Below are positions 1-12,562 of a DNA stretch of 63,556 bases, piece by piece. The notes beneath the pieces are model-generated. The model saw only the letters and a program-made list of their open reading frames with translations, was not told where the DNA came from and searched no databases. Position numbers and translations under genes: made by a program. The DNA is taken from positions 82,377 to 145,932 of the forward strand of contig BLSG01000423.1 in assembly GCA_012862495.1 (NCBI GenBank), read 5' to 3'. Each line of letters opens with the position of its first letter. Position 1 is the stretch's first letter. Source of the stretch: Thraustochytrium aureum (lineage: Eukaryota).

Positions 1-17
1 GACCCTCCCCCTCCTTT

Positions 18-54
<37 letters not shown>
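18..54 (+). repeat. (CCAG/CAGC)n tetranucleotide microsatellite
   Basis: About 9 tandem ccag units read directly from the sequence. Confidence 0.95.
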
Positions 55-55
<1 letters not shown>

Positions 56-941
56 CGGCCCGACAAGATCGTCGCTCGGTCCGCCAACTGCGCCAACGGC
101 CCAATCCATCGAAGCTCTCTGCCTGCCTGCGCGGCGGCCTGCCTGCAGTCGGCCACTGCGCGATCTGCATGGGCTGCTCGACACTGCCAGTCACACTGCC
201 CGTAACGTCCCTCATCGATCCAACAAGTACGAACGAGTTCCCACCGGCCGCGCCCCTCCCTGCGCCGCCCGCACGATCGTCTCCCCGCGTGCAGGGCCCT
301 GAGGGCGTTTCCGCTCAGGGCCCTGGCGCTCGCCGGTTGGTTTAATGAATTGCTTTTTTTTACGCCGCTCCGCCGACGGTGTGAGGCGGAGCTGGCGCTG
401 GTGCGCGAGAGTTTCGCGGCCCTGAGCACACTGTGACAGAGCGCTGAGAGGCGCTGCGGGTGGGTTTCGTGCCGCACAGTGAGAGGCGTCCTCCCCTCCG
501 CTTTGGCGACTTGATGTGAGGGCGGCGGGGAAGCGGGCCCCCTCCCTCCTCCTCCTCCTCCTCCTCCCTCTCATGTGTCGTGCGAGTGGCTGTTGGTTTG
601 GGTTGATCGGCCGTCGATCCAGCAGACCCCGAACGCGCTCCAAGCGGCCGCAGGACACAACGCGCTGCAGGAGGCCTGATCGATCAATCGCCCACCAAGT
701 GCCCGGCTCGAGCCACAGCCACGAGGTACACGCCTCGCTTTGGACGCGCGGCCTCGAGCTGAGCGCAACGCGGACAAGGCCGAGCGACCCGGCGACCGGG
801 GAAAGCCACGCGAGAGGGCGGACGAGTGCCGGAAGCGGCGCTCTGAGGACTTGCACGCTGGAGCGGGAGAGGCGAAGCTGCAGGCGCAGGCTCGCCACCG
901 GCGGCGCCTGGAATCGGGCGCGAGACGCGGAGCAAAGCACC

Positions 942-2613
942 ATGCCTCCATCTCCCTCCCGCCGTTCCTGTCCAAGCTGCTGACCATCACGCNNNNNNNN
1001 NNNNNNNNNNNNNNNNNNNNNNNNNNNNNNNNNNNNNNNNNNNNNNNNNNNNNNNNNNNNNNNNNNNNNNNNNNNNNNNNNNNNNNNNNNNNNNNNNNNN
1101 NNNNNNNNNNNNNNNNNNNNNNNNNNNNNNNNNAAGGGCAACAAGTCCACCTTCATCCGGCAACTGCACTTTTACTGCTTCAAGAAACTCGACAACAAGG
1201 GCGACATTTGGGGCTTCACCCACCCGAAATTCCTCCGCGACGCGCCGCACCTGATCTACGAGATCAAGCGCAAGACGCGCACCGAGACGTCCGGGCCCGC
1301 CTCGAAGGACGAGGTCCAGGCCCTGCGCACCGAGACCGTCAACATGCGCCGCGACATGAAGACGATGCAGGCGCAGATCGACGCCCTCACCAAGCAGCTA
1401 GAGAGCGTGGTCGGGCTCGCGCACAGGCAGACGGAGCAGCTCGCCTCCATCTCGGGCGCGGGCGTGATCAAAACCGACCCCTTCGCGGCCGAGCCCCTCT
1501 TCCACAAAAAGCCCAAGCTGTCCTCAGACAGGTACGAGTCGGACGACGACGCCGCCCGCAGCAACGGCGGCAGCGCCGTCTCCGGCTTGCTGCCCTTTGA
1601 GGACAACTCGCACGCGGCCTTTTACCGCGAAGCGGGCCTGCTCCCGCCCAACGGGGCGGTGTCGTCCCCGGCCTACAGCCAGGACGACGACTTCGGAATC
1701 TCCAAGCCGGAGGGCGAGGACCTCGACAGAAACATGGAGCTCGGCGACCTCACCGACCTCTTCCTCGGTAGTCTCGAGCAACCCATGGATTTTCGCAGCA
1801 CCTCAGAGGGCATCCACAGCCTCTCGAGCGGCTCGCTGCAAAGCTCGTCTAGCTCCTCTTCCAGTAGCGCCTCGTCGGACCACTCTGCGCCCTCGACCGC
1901 CGTGGGCTCGCCGGGCCCCGTGCCGGCCGTGAGCGCCGCCGCGCCAACGCAGGAGAACTGCAAGGTGGTTTTGTCCTCCGAGACCGGGGAGATCCCCATG
2001 GAGAACCAGGTCTTCGCCGGGTTCCTGGCCAAGTTCATTGAGCACGCCGAGCTCCTCAACAACCGCAACATGCTCTCGGGGGACCTCGACCCAGAGCTCG
2101 AGATCTTCGTCCATGCCAGCCTGCCCGCGGACTGTCCGCTCAAAGACCTCCTCACCTACGCACCCGCCAAGGTCCGGACCGTGCTGGCCAACGTGCTCAG
2201 CGACGTCTCTGCGTCGAACTGGCAGTGTAAAAACCCGTGCCAGCAGGCCGCCCAAGGCTCGTTCCTGACGCGCCCGCTCCTATTGTTTCGCTTTCCGTAC
2301 GCCATCAAGGAGGTGCGCGGCGAGTGCTTTCTGCACTTTTTGGCCTTCCTGCTTCGCGCCGCCATCACACCGCGCCACGTGGCCTCGCCCAATGTCAACA
2401 CGGACTCGAGCCCGTTCTTCGCTGCGTTCTCGCGGTTTTTCACCCCCAACGTGCACCGTGTCATGTGCATCGCGCACCAGCAGATCGAGGACGCCAAAAA
2501 AGCGCGTGGGGATGCAGGACTCTGGCAGCGCGTGTGTCCCCGACCGCGGCTTAGAGCGAGAACGCGCACTATGGCGCCGCGCCAAGGCGGTCGCCGCAAC
2601 GACCTACACTTGA
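942..2613 (+). CDS. Heat-shock-factor (HSF-type DNA-binding domain) transcription factor; gap and probable sequencing frameshifts
   Basis: PPFLSKLLTI before the gap. After the gap, from 1134 and in frame with ORF 1344..2774: KGNKSTFIRQLHFYCFKK...WGFTHPKFLRDAPHLIYEIKRK, the HSF DBD signature, then a coiled coil (MKTMQAQIDALTKQLESVV). ATG 942 joins this reading if one C is restored. The C-terminus probably shifts frame at the A-run near 2500 and stops at 2613. Confidence 0.9.
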
Positions 2614-2937
2614 GCGGGCGGCCGGTGCGCGCGCGCGGACAGGCGCGCGTCACCGCGACTCTCGCTCCAATTTTGACTGACAGCTCGGTGTGCAGAGGCA
2701 AAGCGGGCTGCTGGCATGGCCAGTCCCCGCTTTGCCTCGACGCAGGGGCTTGCCAGTGCTCATCTTTTTTTTAACCGTTCGTTCATTCAGGGATCAGCCG
2801 ATTACTCGCGCTGAGGCACCCGTCGTTCAACTACTTCTCATCATCATCAATTCTCCATCAACAACAACGCTGCAACTTTGCACCTTTCCATTCTCTGCTT
2901 CACCATCTACTTCGTTCCTCTTCGTCGATCTTTGGTC

Positions 2938-2991
2938 CAACAACAACAACGACAAACGCACAAGCATACAACAACAACAACAACAACAACA
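2938..2991 (+). repeat. (CAA)n microsatellites
   Basis: Two CAA runs between the convergent HSF and ankyrin genes. Confidence 0.9.
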
Positions 2992-2996
2992 GCGTC

Positions 2997-3224
2997 TTTG
3001 GAGCAAGGAGCGCAGCCATACACCTTCGTTGATGACGCGAGTGACAAACATCCACATCGGGAGGACGCTTTGTTTTACGACACGAGCTTTCCGCTTTCGG
3101 TGGTCAGTTTTGGAGCAAGGAGCGCAGCCATACACTTTCGTAGATGACGCGAGTGACAAACAGATGAACATCCACAACGGGAGGACGCTTTGTTTTACGA
3201 CACGAGCTTTCCGCTTTCGGTGGT
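2997..3224 (+). repeat. Tandem duplication of about 110 bp (2997-3104 and 3109-3224)
   Basis: Both copies read tttggagcaaggagcgcagccatacac...gctttccgctttcggtggt. Copy 2 has an 8-bp insertion and 3 substitutions. Confidence 0.95.
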
Positions 3225-3283
3225 TTCCTAATTCAAGAACCTTTCGCTTCCCGGCGCTGTCCGCTTCGAGGGCGCCGCGACGC

Positions 3284-6200
3284 TCACGAGTCTTCAGGCC
3301 GATGCTCGACCAGCTTAAACATCCACTGGCCGAGGTGCGCGTCGATAAACGACTTGACCGCCTCCGCTTTGGCCTGCTCAAACGACAGTTCTGGGCGCCG
3401 CCTCTGGACTGCTGTGGCACGTTTCGCGACCATCTGCTGACCCGCCCTGGTCTGCAGCCACTCTTGCGCGACGCTGCGACCCTGAGCCTTGACGCGCTCG
3501 AGGATCTCTACTCGCTGTGCCTGTGGGAGCATGTCAAGTGCCTGGCGGACCTCGGTCGCCGAGGTTGTCGACCTGGCTGACGAAAACGAGCTCGTCGAGG
3601 ATGCGAGCGAGGCGAACACGCCACCAAGCTTTGCCGCGGCAGCCGCGACGGCCGAAATCGGCTGCTGTTGACTCGGTGTGGAGTCCCCGATGCCACCGCT
3701 GGCCTCACTCGGCGAAACAGCTGCGTCGCTGCCTTTGCTCTCTTCGTCNNNNNNNNNNNNNNNNNNNNNNNNNNNNNNNNNNNNNNNNNNNNNNNNNNNN
3801 NNNNNNNNNNNNNNNNNNNNNNNNNNNNNNNNNNNNNNNNNNNNNNNNNNNNNNNNNNNNNNNNNNNNNNNNNNNNNNNCCTCTCGTCCGCCGCCCTCCT
3901 GCCTGCCCTTCGCATCGCTCAAGCTTCTCTGCGAAGGACGCTCCTCCTCAGCGAGACGGCTCTGCGCTGGTGCACCGTGAGGCAACATCGCCTGTGGCCG
4001 CTCTGTAGCACGATCCCTTTCTTGCACCGTCCCCGACGCTCCAGGAATCGGCGGCGCGTCCGGAAGAGGCGACACGGGAGACCGCGGCACCTCGGCTGCG
4101 CGCGCAGCGCGTATCGCGGGCGGTGCCATGGCGAACGCCAGGAGTGGCGGGGGGCGGACGGTGGGTTCTTGCAGCTCGGGACCCTCTGCAGCGCCGACAT
4201 CGCCATCCATGCTCGCTCTTTCGTCGCCCTCGACCCGACGCTCCCCAGCCGAGCCTTCGAGACGCTTGCGAACAAAGTCCCTTGCGTCCTCCGCCGTGTT
4301 CCCCTTGCTGTCACGGTCCCACGCCCCGCTGGTGTACGGGTGCTCGATGAGTAGCTCTGCCACGCCGCTGCCCCAAAACGGGCGCTTCTTCGTTTGGCAC
4401 ATGTCCGCTGCGATATGAAACACTCCGAGCCGCGTTCCGGGTACTCGAGCCCGCAAGTCGACGCCGGTCTCGAGCAGGACCCGGGCCGCGTTCGCGCACC
4501 CGCCCATCACCGCGATCATCAGCGCGGTGNGCCCCGTGTCCGTGCGCAGGTCAAGGTGCCGGCCTGGGGTACAGTGCTGCGCGAGGACTCGGACGAGGCC
4601 CGCCTTGTCCGCGGCGCAAGCTCGGTGGACAGGGCACCACCCCTTGGAGTCCCAGACGCCCGGATAGGCACCCCGCTTTAGCAAGAGCACGGCAATGTCC
4701 TCCGTGTCCTGCTGGACTGCGAGGTGCAGCGGGCAGTGATTGTCCCTGTTGACGACGTTGACGTCCGCGCCTCGCGACAGGAGGAGCTCTGCCATCTCCT
4801 TGTCCCGCTGGAGCACCGCGAGGCTTAGCGACGAGTTGCCGCGAGCGTCAAGGTCGTCGCCCAGTTCTGGGTCAAACCCAAGGAGCAAGGACGCAGTGCT
4901 GTGCTGCCCGCGCCGCACGGCGATATGCAGTGGCGTGTACTGGTGGTCGCCCGAGCGGACGCTGGCGTTGATTCCGTCGCCGCCTGAGCGAGCAGAGGGA
5001 TCGCGCGCCTTCGCGCAGCCATGCATTTCAAACAGCCCGCCCATGAACCGCTGCACAATCGCTGCGTGGAATGGGGTGCACCGTGCAGAACTCAAGAGGT
5101 CGACGCAAAAGTGCAACACGCTGTGGCCGCGCCCGTTTTGCACGTTGGGGTCCGCGCCGTGGTCCACCATCGTGCTCGCCAGCATCAAAAGCCCCTTGCC
5201 GACAGCGACGTGCAGCGCGCAGTTGCCGCTCTGTCGAGAGGCAACGTCTAAAAAGGACCGCGGGCGCGCGAAGCGGTCTGCAGTGCTCGCTTGCGCGGGG
5301 GCTTTAGCCGCGGCCTCCAGCGCAGCGCGGTCGAGCCGCGGCGCTGCCTTTATCATAACAAGCGCGAGGCGCAGCATGTCGCGCCTCAGAGCAAGGATGA
5401 GGGGAGGCACTCCGGCCGTGTCCACCCGGTAGAGCTCGTCCACGGAGCAATAGTCGGACACGATCGCCTCTGCAAGGGTCTGCATGTTCATTTTGATCGC
5501 CACTTGGAGCGGCGAGTCTCGCGCCGAGGAGGCCGCAAGATCCCACTGCCGCGATGTGATTGTGCAGTCGGCCCCGTGCCGGAGGAAAAACAGCGCCAGG
5601 TCCTCCTGACCAAGCTTTAGCGCGAGCGCAAAAACCGTGTCGCCCTTGCGCTCGTCCTGCATGTCGAGCACCGCGGCGCGCGCCTCGGGCTCGATCTGCT
5701 CGACCATCCAACGCGCGAGCTCAAAGGCACTCAGTTTGACCGCGATGTGCAGCGCAGAGTCGCCCCCTGAGTCGCGCTCCTCGATCTTGGCGCCGAGCTC
5801 GACGAGCCGCCTTGTGAGCTGCTCGTGGCCGCGTCGGATGGCCAGGTGCAGAACCGTGTCGTTCCACTTGTCGCGGCGCGTCACGTCGCAGTTCTTGGCA
5901 AGCGCGAGGCAGAGCTTTTCAACCGTGTCGCTCGCCTCCGTGTGCCGCTTGAGGGCAAGCATGAGCGAGTCGTCGCCCAGCGTGTTGACAGCGCGGATTG
6001 TGGGCACATCGACGCGCGCGATGAGCCGCCGCACCGAGTCAAAGTCGCCCTCAAATGCCAAGTAGTGCAGCAACGACCAGCCGTGCGCGTCGTCGCTGAC
6101 CACGTTGAGGTCCTTCTTGGTATCAATCAAAAGCTGCAGCACCAGCGCTGGCGTTGAGCCGCGGTCGACCATCAGAAACGACCACCGCAGCAAACAGCTT

Positions 6201-6938
6201 GGGTCGGCGCCTCGGCGCAACAGGAACTGGCCACGTCTTCGGCGCCATTCAACATCGCAAGTGCCAGCGGGGGGTACTGGCGGCCGTCGGGCAAGGCCGC
6301 ATTCACGTCTGCGCCGAGGTCGCAAAAGTGCGCCGCGCGTTCCATGCCGTGGTTGTGCTGCACTGCATGCACGAGCGCGTGCGAGACGATCGCCTTTGAC
6401 CACTTGATCGCGGTCATCGAGCAGCCCTCTGCGGAGAACACCAGCACACGGCCATCTCGGGTGCGCAACAGAAAGCTCTCCGCTTTGAGCTTGACCTTGG
6501 CGCCCACATCGCCCTGCGTGGCCGGGCACGCGGCGTCAAGCTTGTCCCACCCGATCACGCTGGGGTCGCGGCCGGACGTCTGCTTCGAGTAGGCGATGCC
6601 CTCGGCGTCCACCAAAAGGAGCTGTTTTTTCCAGCTCTTCATCCAGTTCGTCTTGAGCTTCCACACCTGTTCCGAGTATGCCCCCAGCAGTTGCTTGCCG
6701 CCGCGCGCTCCAGACCGCCCAGTCGACGCCACGGCGGAGGCCTCGTCGTCTGGGACGAGCAACTGGATTTGCGACGTCTCCACGCTTTGCACGGGCTGCA
6801 AGACTGTTTGCCGCCCAGAGGTTGCTGCGCTCACAGTGCTCGGTCCAATGTCCGTGCAGATCCGGTCCAGCAGCGTTTCCAGCGAAACGCCTTCTTCCTC
6901 CTTGCGCACGAGGGCCTTGGCCCCGTGATCACAACGAG
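3284..6938 (-). CDS. PH-domain plus multi-ankyrin-repeat protein (5' end in gap; frameshift near 6230)
   Basis: PH-like segment VWKLKTNWMKSWKKQLLLVD...FLLRTRDGRVLVFSAE...AIKWSKAI (ORF 6172..7530). It is followed by many ANK repeats (GWSLLHYLA, DTVLHLAI, GDSALHIAV, YTPLHIAV, HCPLHLAV, WCPVHRAC) in ORF 3284..6529. Confidence 0.85.
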
Positions 6939-7657
6939 NNNNNNNNNNNNNNNNNNNNNNNNNNNNNNNNNNNNNNNNNNNNNNNNNNNNNNNNNNNNNN
7001 NNNNNNNNNNNNNNNNNNNNNNNNNNNNNNNNNNNNNNNNNNNNNNNNNNNNNNNNNNNNNNNNNNNNNNNNNNNNNNNNNNNNNNNNNNNNNNNNNNNN
7101 NNNNNNNNNNNNNNNNNNNNNNNNNNNNNNNNNNNNNNNNNNNNNNNNNNNNNNNNNNNNNNNNNNNNNNNNNNNNNNNNNNNNNNNNNNNNNNNNNNNN
7201 NNNNNNNNNNNNNNNNNNNNNNNNNCCGAGCGGGGCGGTGGGGCAATGTGCCGAGCCAGCTCCGCCCGCCGCGATCCCCTGCCGCCGCCTCGCAGCGAAA
7301 CAGCCGGCAAAGCGGGCTGACCGCGCTACGCCACGCGACAAGGGCCTCTTGCGGGCGCTCTTGGCGACGCAGCGCGCGCAGAGCAGCTCGGCGCCGTGCG
7401 AGTGCGGCCTCGCGTTGGGGACGTAGTAGGTCCTTTGCGGAGACATACAGGTATGCTGAGGGCCGTTGTTTTGGCCGACGTTGTTGTTGCTGTTGCTTGC
7501 CTTCGAGGTTTCGCTCGCGCTGCGCGCCAAGCCGAGCTGCCCAGCGGCCCGCGCAAGGCGCGGACGGCGGGCGAGGCCCGCGAGGCGCTTTACGATTACA
7601 AAGAAACATTGGGGATTGATTTGCTCGGTGATTGTGTGGTTTGGCTTGAAAGGCTGG

Positions 7658-10600
7658 CTACGAGATGGCCTCCTGCATGAAAATGAGGTTGTCGATCTTG
7701 GACCAGAACGCTAGCTTGCCGTCCGCGGAGAGGAGGGCGTGGATGTGCGCGCGCACGTCGCGGTCCGCGCCGCCGCCGCCAATCAGCTGGTCTCCAGACA
7801 GCTTGCCCTCGAGGTTGGCCTTGAGCACTTTGTAGACCTGCTCGAAGCGCTTGCGCCCCAGCGCCTTCACACACTCGTCTTCCAGCTTGCGAACGCGCTC
7901 GCGGAGGCCGCCACGCTGAGGGGCGGCAAGCCCGCCATTCTGGGCGTCGCCCTCCAGGACGGGGCTGAAAAGCCCGTCGTCGCTGCTACTCTCGTTGCTC
8001 GAGTCGCCCTCCGACTCGTCTGCATCTGTGGTGTCGGCGTCGGCTTGGTTTTTACTGCCGGCGTCGCGTCTCCCCCCGTGCTGCGGCGTTTCCTTGGTTT
8101 TCACGCTTGTGCCGTGCCAAGCTCGCCGAGGTCCTGTTCGGGCTGGCTGCTTGCTAGGTGCATTCTGCGAGTTGGCCTCCAGCTCCCCGCCCTCTTCCCG
8201 CCTGTAGCCTGGGTGACCTTCTTCCTCCACCACCTCTTTCAGGGCGTCTGAGATAGTCTCGTCGGCGACTTGATCGTCTTCATCGTCGTCATAGTCGTCG
8301 TCGTCGTCGTCTTCTTCATCGTCGTCGTCGTCGTGTCCTTCCTCAACTTGTTCAATTTCGGCTTCGCTTCGTCGTCTCGGTGCGGCGGCGCCCTCGCTGG
8401 AGACCCCACCGCCCCGTTGCGCTGCAGCAGGCTGGGGCTGGAGCTTGAGTTCGCTCCGCACGACCCGGAGGGTTTGCTTGATTGTCGAGCACCGCATTGT
8501 GGCGGCTTCGAGCTCGACGCGAAGTTCCTCCTCCTTGTTATCCAGGTCGTCGTCGTCCGAGTCGGCGACAGCCATCGACTCGGGCATGTACGAGTGGTCA
8601 GAGTCATCCTCAATGGATCCTTCAAAGCAATCCTGCTCCTCCGCCAGCTCACACGGCTCGTCCGCGATGCTGTCGTCCTCGACACAGCAGCCTTGATCTT
8701 TGTCGCGGACAGACGAGGCGGGCGGGGCGACGACGAATCTCCTCGGACTTTGCCTGTCGCGGGGGTTGTGGAACTGGTTGCGATGCAGCTCCTCGCCGCG
8801 GCGCAGCTCCACCATTCGCTCCTGCGCAGCAGCCATGAGCCGCTCCCTCTGGAGGCGCTCCTCTTCTCTGCGGCGATTCTCCTTCATGGCAAGCACGACC
8901 TCGCGATGCGAAGGCGCGGTCGGCGGTGGCGGAGACCGCGGCGGCGGCGGCGGCGAGTTTGGCGTGGGCGGCGAACGTGGCGAGACAGCTCGCCTCTGCG
9001 GCACGATCGCAGCGGCATGAATGGCGAGCTGCGCCGCGTTGGCGGCCGATTTCTCCTCCGCGATTCGGTCTTTGTACTGGCGCTCGAACTGCATGGCTTT
9101 GCGCTGCGCCACGAGCCGGGGGTTGTGACGGCGGAGTTTTTCGAGGCGGTCGTGGCGCGGCTGGCTTTTGAGGTCGTCTGCACGGCGCTGTGCCGCGCGC
9201 CGGTCATCGGCGCGAGCGCGGCGCTTGCGCTCTTCCTCGTCGCGGAGGGCCTCGCGCCGGAGACGTGCTTGCTCTTCGCGCTCCTGCATGCGCTCGATGC
9301 GCAAGCGGCGCTCATTTGCGCGCAGGAGGCGCTCCTTGCGCAGCTTCTCCAACGCGCTCTCAACGGCGCGTTTGCGCTCTTTCTCGATGAGCAACGCGTT
9401 GCGCTGGTCGCGCGCGGCCTGCCGAAGCGCCCGCGCGTCGTGTGCGCNNNNNNNNNNNNNNNNNNNNNNNNNNNNNNNNNNNNNNNNNNNNNNNNNNNNN
9501 NNNNNNNNNNNNNNNNNNNNNNNNNNNNNNNNNNNNNNNNNNNNNNNNNNNNNNNNNNNNNNNNNNNNNNNNNNNNNNNNNNNNNNNNNNNNNNNNNNNN
9601 NNNNNNNNNNNNNNNNNNNNNNNNNNNNNNNNNNNNNNNNNNNNNNNNNNNNNNNNNNNNNNNNNNNNNNNNNNNNNNNNNNNNNNNNNNNNNNNNNNNN
9701 NNNNNNNNNNNNNNNNNNTGCCGAGGCACTCAAGCTGGCGCTTGAGGTTGCGCGTCTGCTTGTCTTGCATGGAAAACCCTGCGGCACCGGCGCCAAGCGC
9801 GGCCTTGCGGAGGACCATGGTCCCCGCGCCAATCTGGGCGGCGGGCCGCGCAGTGACGTCGCGCAGAAAGTGGAGAACGTGGCGTTTCACGAAAGGGAGC
9901 CCGAGGATTTCTGGCAGAGAGGGACGCGCCGCTGGGTCGAGCGCGAGCATGCGGTCCACCAAGCCGGCGAGGTTTCGGCTAAAGCCTGGCGGGAGGGGGT
10001 CGTACTGGCCCTTGACAACCTTGCCCATGAGGCCGTTGAGCGACTTTGCGTTGAAGGCGTGCTTTAGCGTGATCATCTCGTAGAGGACGCAGCCGAGAGC
10101 CCAAACGTCCGACTTGTGGTTGTAAGGCCGGCTGCGGTACACTTCTGGAGACATGTAGTACGGCGTGCCGATCGTGGTCTTGGTAAAGTCCGTCGAGGCG
10201 TCGAGCGCCTTGCTGATGCCGAGGTCCCCGATTACGAGCCGGCCGTTCCCGAGCAAGAATATATTCTGCGTCTTCAAGTCGCGGTGCAGCACGCACTTGT
10301 CGTTCATGTCGTGCATAAAGTGCAGTCCGAGCGCCAGCTGAACAAACCAGTGCAGGATCTGGTCTTCCTTGAAAAGGCGGCGCCCGTTCGCTTTCAACCG
10401 CTCGGCCAGGTCGCCGCCGTCGCAAAAGGTCATGACGATGCACAACAGCCTGCCGGACCGCGCCACGAAAGACTCTTTGAACCCGACGATGTTGGGGTGC
10501 ATCATCGCGCCCAGGAGCTTGACCTCGGTCTGGCACGCCCTGCGCTCGCTCTCGGGGATGCCCTCCAGCTTGATGGTCTTCATGCAGTATTGCGTGCGCT

Positions 10601-10676
10601 CATCGCGGTGCCGCACGAGGTAGACCCGGCCGAACGAGCCTTTGCCGACCTGCCTGATTATCTCGTACTTCTCCAT
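7658..10676 (-). CDS. NIMA-related (NEK1/NEK4-like) Ser/Thr kinase with coiled coil and acidic tail
   Basis: GKGSFG, HPNIV, FCDGGDL, WFVQLALGLHFMH, HRDLKTQNIFL, GDLGISK, GTPYYMSPE and YNHKSDVWALGC. The C-terminus (LRERVRKLEDECVKALGRKRFEQVYKVL) is NEK-type. The two ORFs are joined across gap 9448-9718. Confidence 0.93.
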
Positions 10677-11368
10677 GGCGCCGCCACTCGCCAAGCCCGC
10701 CCTGTCACCCGNNNNNNNNNNNNNNNNNNNNNNNNNNNNNNNNNNNNNNNNNNNNNNNNNNNNNNNNNNNNNNNNNNNNNNNNNNNNNNNNNNNNNNNNN
10801 NNNNNNNNNNNNNNNNNNNNNNNNNNNNNNNNNNNNNNNNNNNNNNNNNNNNNNNNNNNNNNNNNNNNNNNNNNNNNNNNNNNNNNNNNNNNNNNNNNNN
10901 NNNNNNNNNNNNNNNNNNNNNNNNNNNNNNNNNNNNNNNNNNNNNNNNNNNNNNNNNNNNNNNNNNNNNNNNNNNNNNNNNNNNNNNNNNNNNNNTATGG
11001 TGTCGCTGCAGGACCGTTTTAAAACGCGCGTGCTCCTCGCGGTTTTCGTTGGAGGCTCACACTCACGTTGTGGACCGGGAGCCGGCGAATGTGCGACGCA
11101 CGACGGGTTTAAAAGCGGCGCGGGCATGCTCGCTCCCGCTGAGCTCCCTATCTGTCGAAGATACAGTCTGGACGCGGCATCGGGAGGGAAGCGCCAGGGG
11201 ACTGACTCGCTGGTTCAAGTTGCTTGCACTGCGTGCGGGAGCTCACAAGAGTTGGTTTTTGAAAGCCCACTCGACCATTACCGGTTGGTCGACTGCTCAC
11301 CGAGGGCAACTGTGCGTAGGACTTGTGCTTTGTGTTGGGGCGAACTAGGGAGTGCGAACCTGCTCAAA

Positions 11369-12562
11369 TCAGTACATGCGCTCCTTGATGGCCGAGCGCA
11401 GGCTGGCATCGGCTTGGCCGGACGCCGCGGTGCTCTTTCCGTCGGTCGCCGGGTTCCATGCTGAGTTGCAGATCGAGTATGTGTTGGGGCAGTACTTGGG
11501 GGCGCTTTCCGCCACCAGCTGCGCGCCAGCCTTGCCTACGAGCTCGGCGTACGACTTGCCGAGGTCGTGCGTATCGAGGTACCTTTGGTGGCCAACGCAG
11601 TTGCTACCGTTCTCGTCGCAGGCGACGTTTTTTGTGGAGAAAGTGTCTGGAATAGCCCACGCACATTCGCTTTCGATGCCGAGCTGGTTCTCGCCAAGCT
11701 TGATGCGAAAGTAGCCCATCTCGCCCCAGTAATCTCCCCAGCTGTTGCGCACGATCCAGTACTGCGATCCGTCTTTCTCGTCGGTGCCCCAGCCGACGAC
11801 CGAGACCGCGTGATCGATCTCGCGCGAGGCATGCGGCAAGTCGATGATACCGCCCGTGTAGTTGAGGATTTCAACTGCGTTGACGGCACACGTGACGGGG
11901 CCGCGCGCGTAGATTTCGCGCATAATAGCCTTGCGGTTGGGCAGGGTGCCATACTCGCCGATAGTCACATTGGGAAACGAAGTGATACCAGAGCAAAAGC
12001 CACCTTTGGACGGAAACGTATCGCACGTGCGGCACGTGTTGAGCGCCGAGCACGTGTAGTCGGCATCGGCGCAGGTGCCCGACGTCATTTCGGCGCTGCA
12101 CGCGAGGTACTGCATGCAGCTGTCGTACGGGATGAACCCTTGCTTCTTGGCAAACTCGTACAGGCCGGTGGGACTGCCGCCATGGCAAGAGCCGGCGATG
12201 CCTGCGCCGCAGTTGAGGATCTGCTGGATGCTCAAGTTGATGTCGGGGAACTCGCCCTTGCGCGCGATCTTGAGACGGTCGGCCAGGGAAGAGAGCGCGG
12301 CATGCGCCCAGCACGAGCCGCAGTACTGCGGGATGTGTTGGTTAAGCGTCCGGGTCACGTACGATACGCCATTCACGTTGCGCCAGTCCCAGCTCGCAGG
12401 CAGCGAGACGCCGATGAGGTACGGGTGCGAGTGGTCATGCGTCTTCCAGTTGGTCTTCGTGTGCCCGGGCAGTATGACGTACTCGTTCTGCCGCTTGGCC
12501 GCGGTCACGGCGACCAAGGCGGCGACCAGGGCCGAGTACAACGACAACGACGCAACCTTCAT
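11369..12562 (-). CDS. CTSZ: Cathepsin Z/X (papain family C1A cysteine peptidase) with signal peptide
   Basis: Signal peptide MKVASLSLYSALVAALVAV, LPASWDWRN, the cathepsin-Z-specific NQHIPQYCGSCWAH, IDHAVSVVGWG, YWIVRNSWG and NQLGIESEC. Confidence 0.95.
   Translation of the reverse strand: MKVASLSLYSALVAALVAVTAAKRQNEYVILPGHTKTNWKTHDHSHPYLIGVSLPASWDWRNVNGVSYVTRTLNQHIPQYCGSCWAHAALSSLADRLKIARKGEFPDINLSIQQILNCGAGIAGSCHGGSPTGLYEFAKKQGFIPYDSCMQYLACSAEMTSGTCADADYTCSALNTCRTCDTFPSKGGFCSGITSFPNVTIGEYGTLPNRKAIMREIYARGPVTCAVNAVEILNYTGGIIDLPHASREIDHAVSVVGWGTDEKDGSQYWIVRNSWGDYWGEMGYFRIKLGENQLGIESECAWAIPDTFSTKNVACDENGSNCVGHQRYLDTHDLGKSYAELVGKAGAQLVAESAPKYCPNTYSICNSAWNPATDGKSTAASGQADASLRSAIKERMY

Noticed and set aside
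2690..3580. 296-aa plus-strand ORF with poly-Q and an internal repeat
   Set aside because: It is made of the CAA microsatellite, the 110-bp duplication and the antisense strand of the ankyrin gene.
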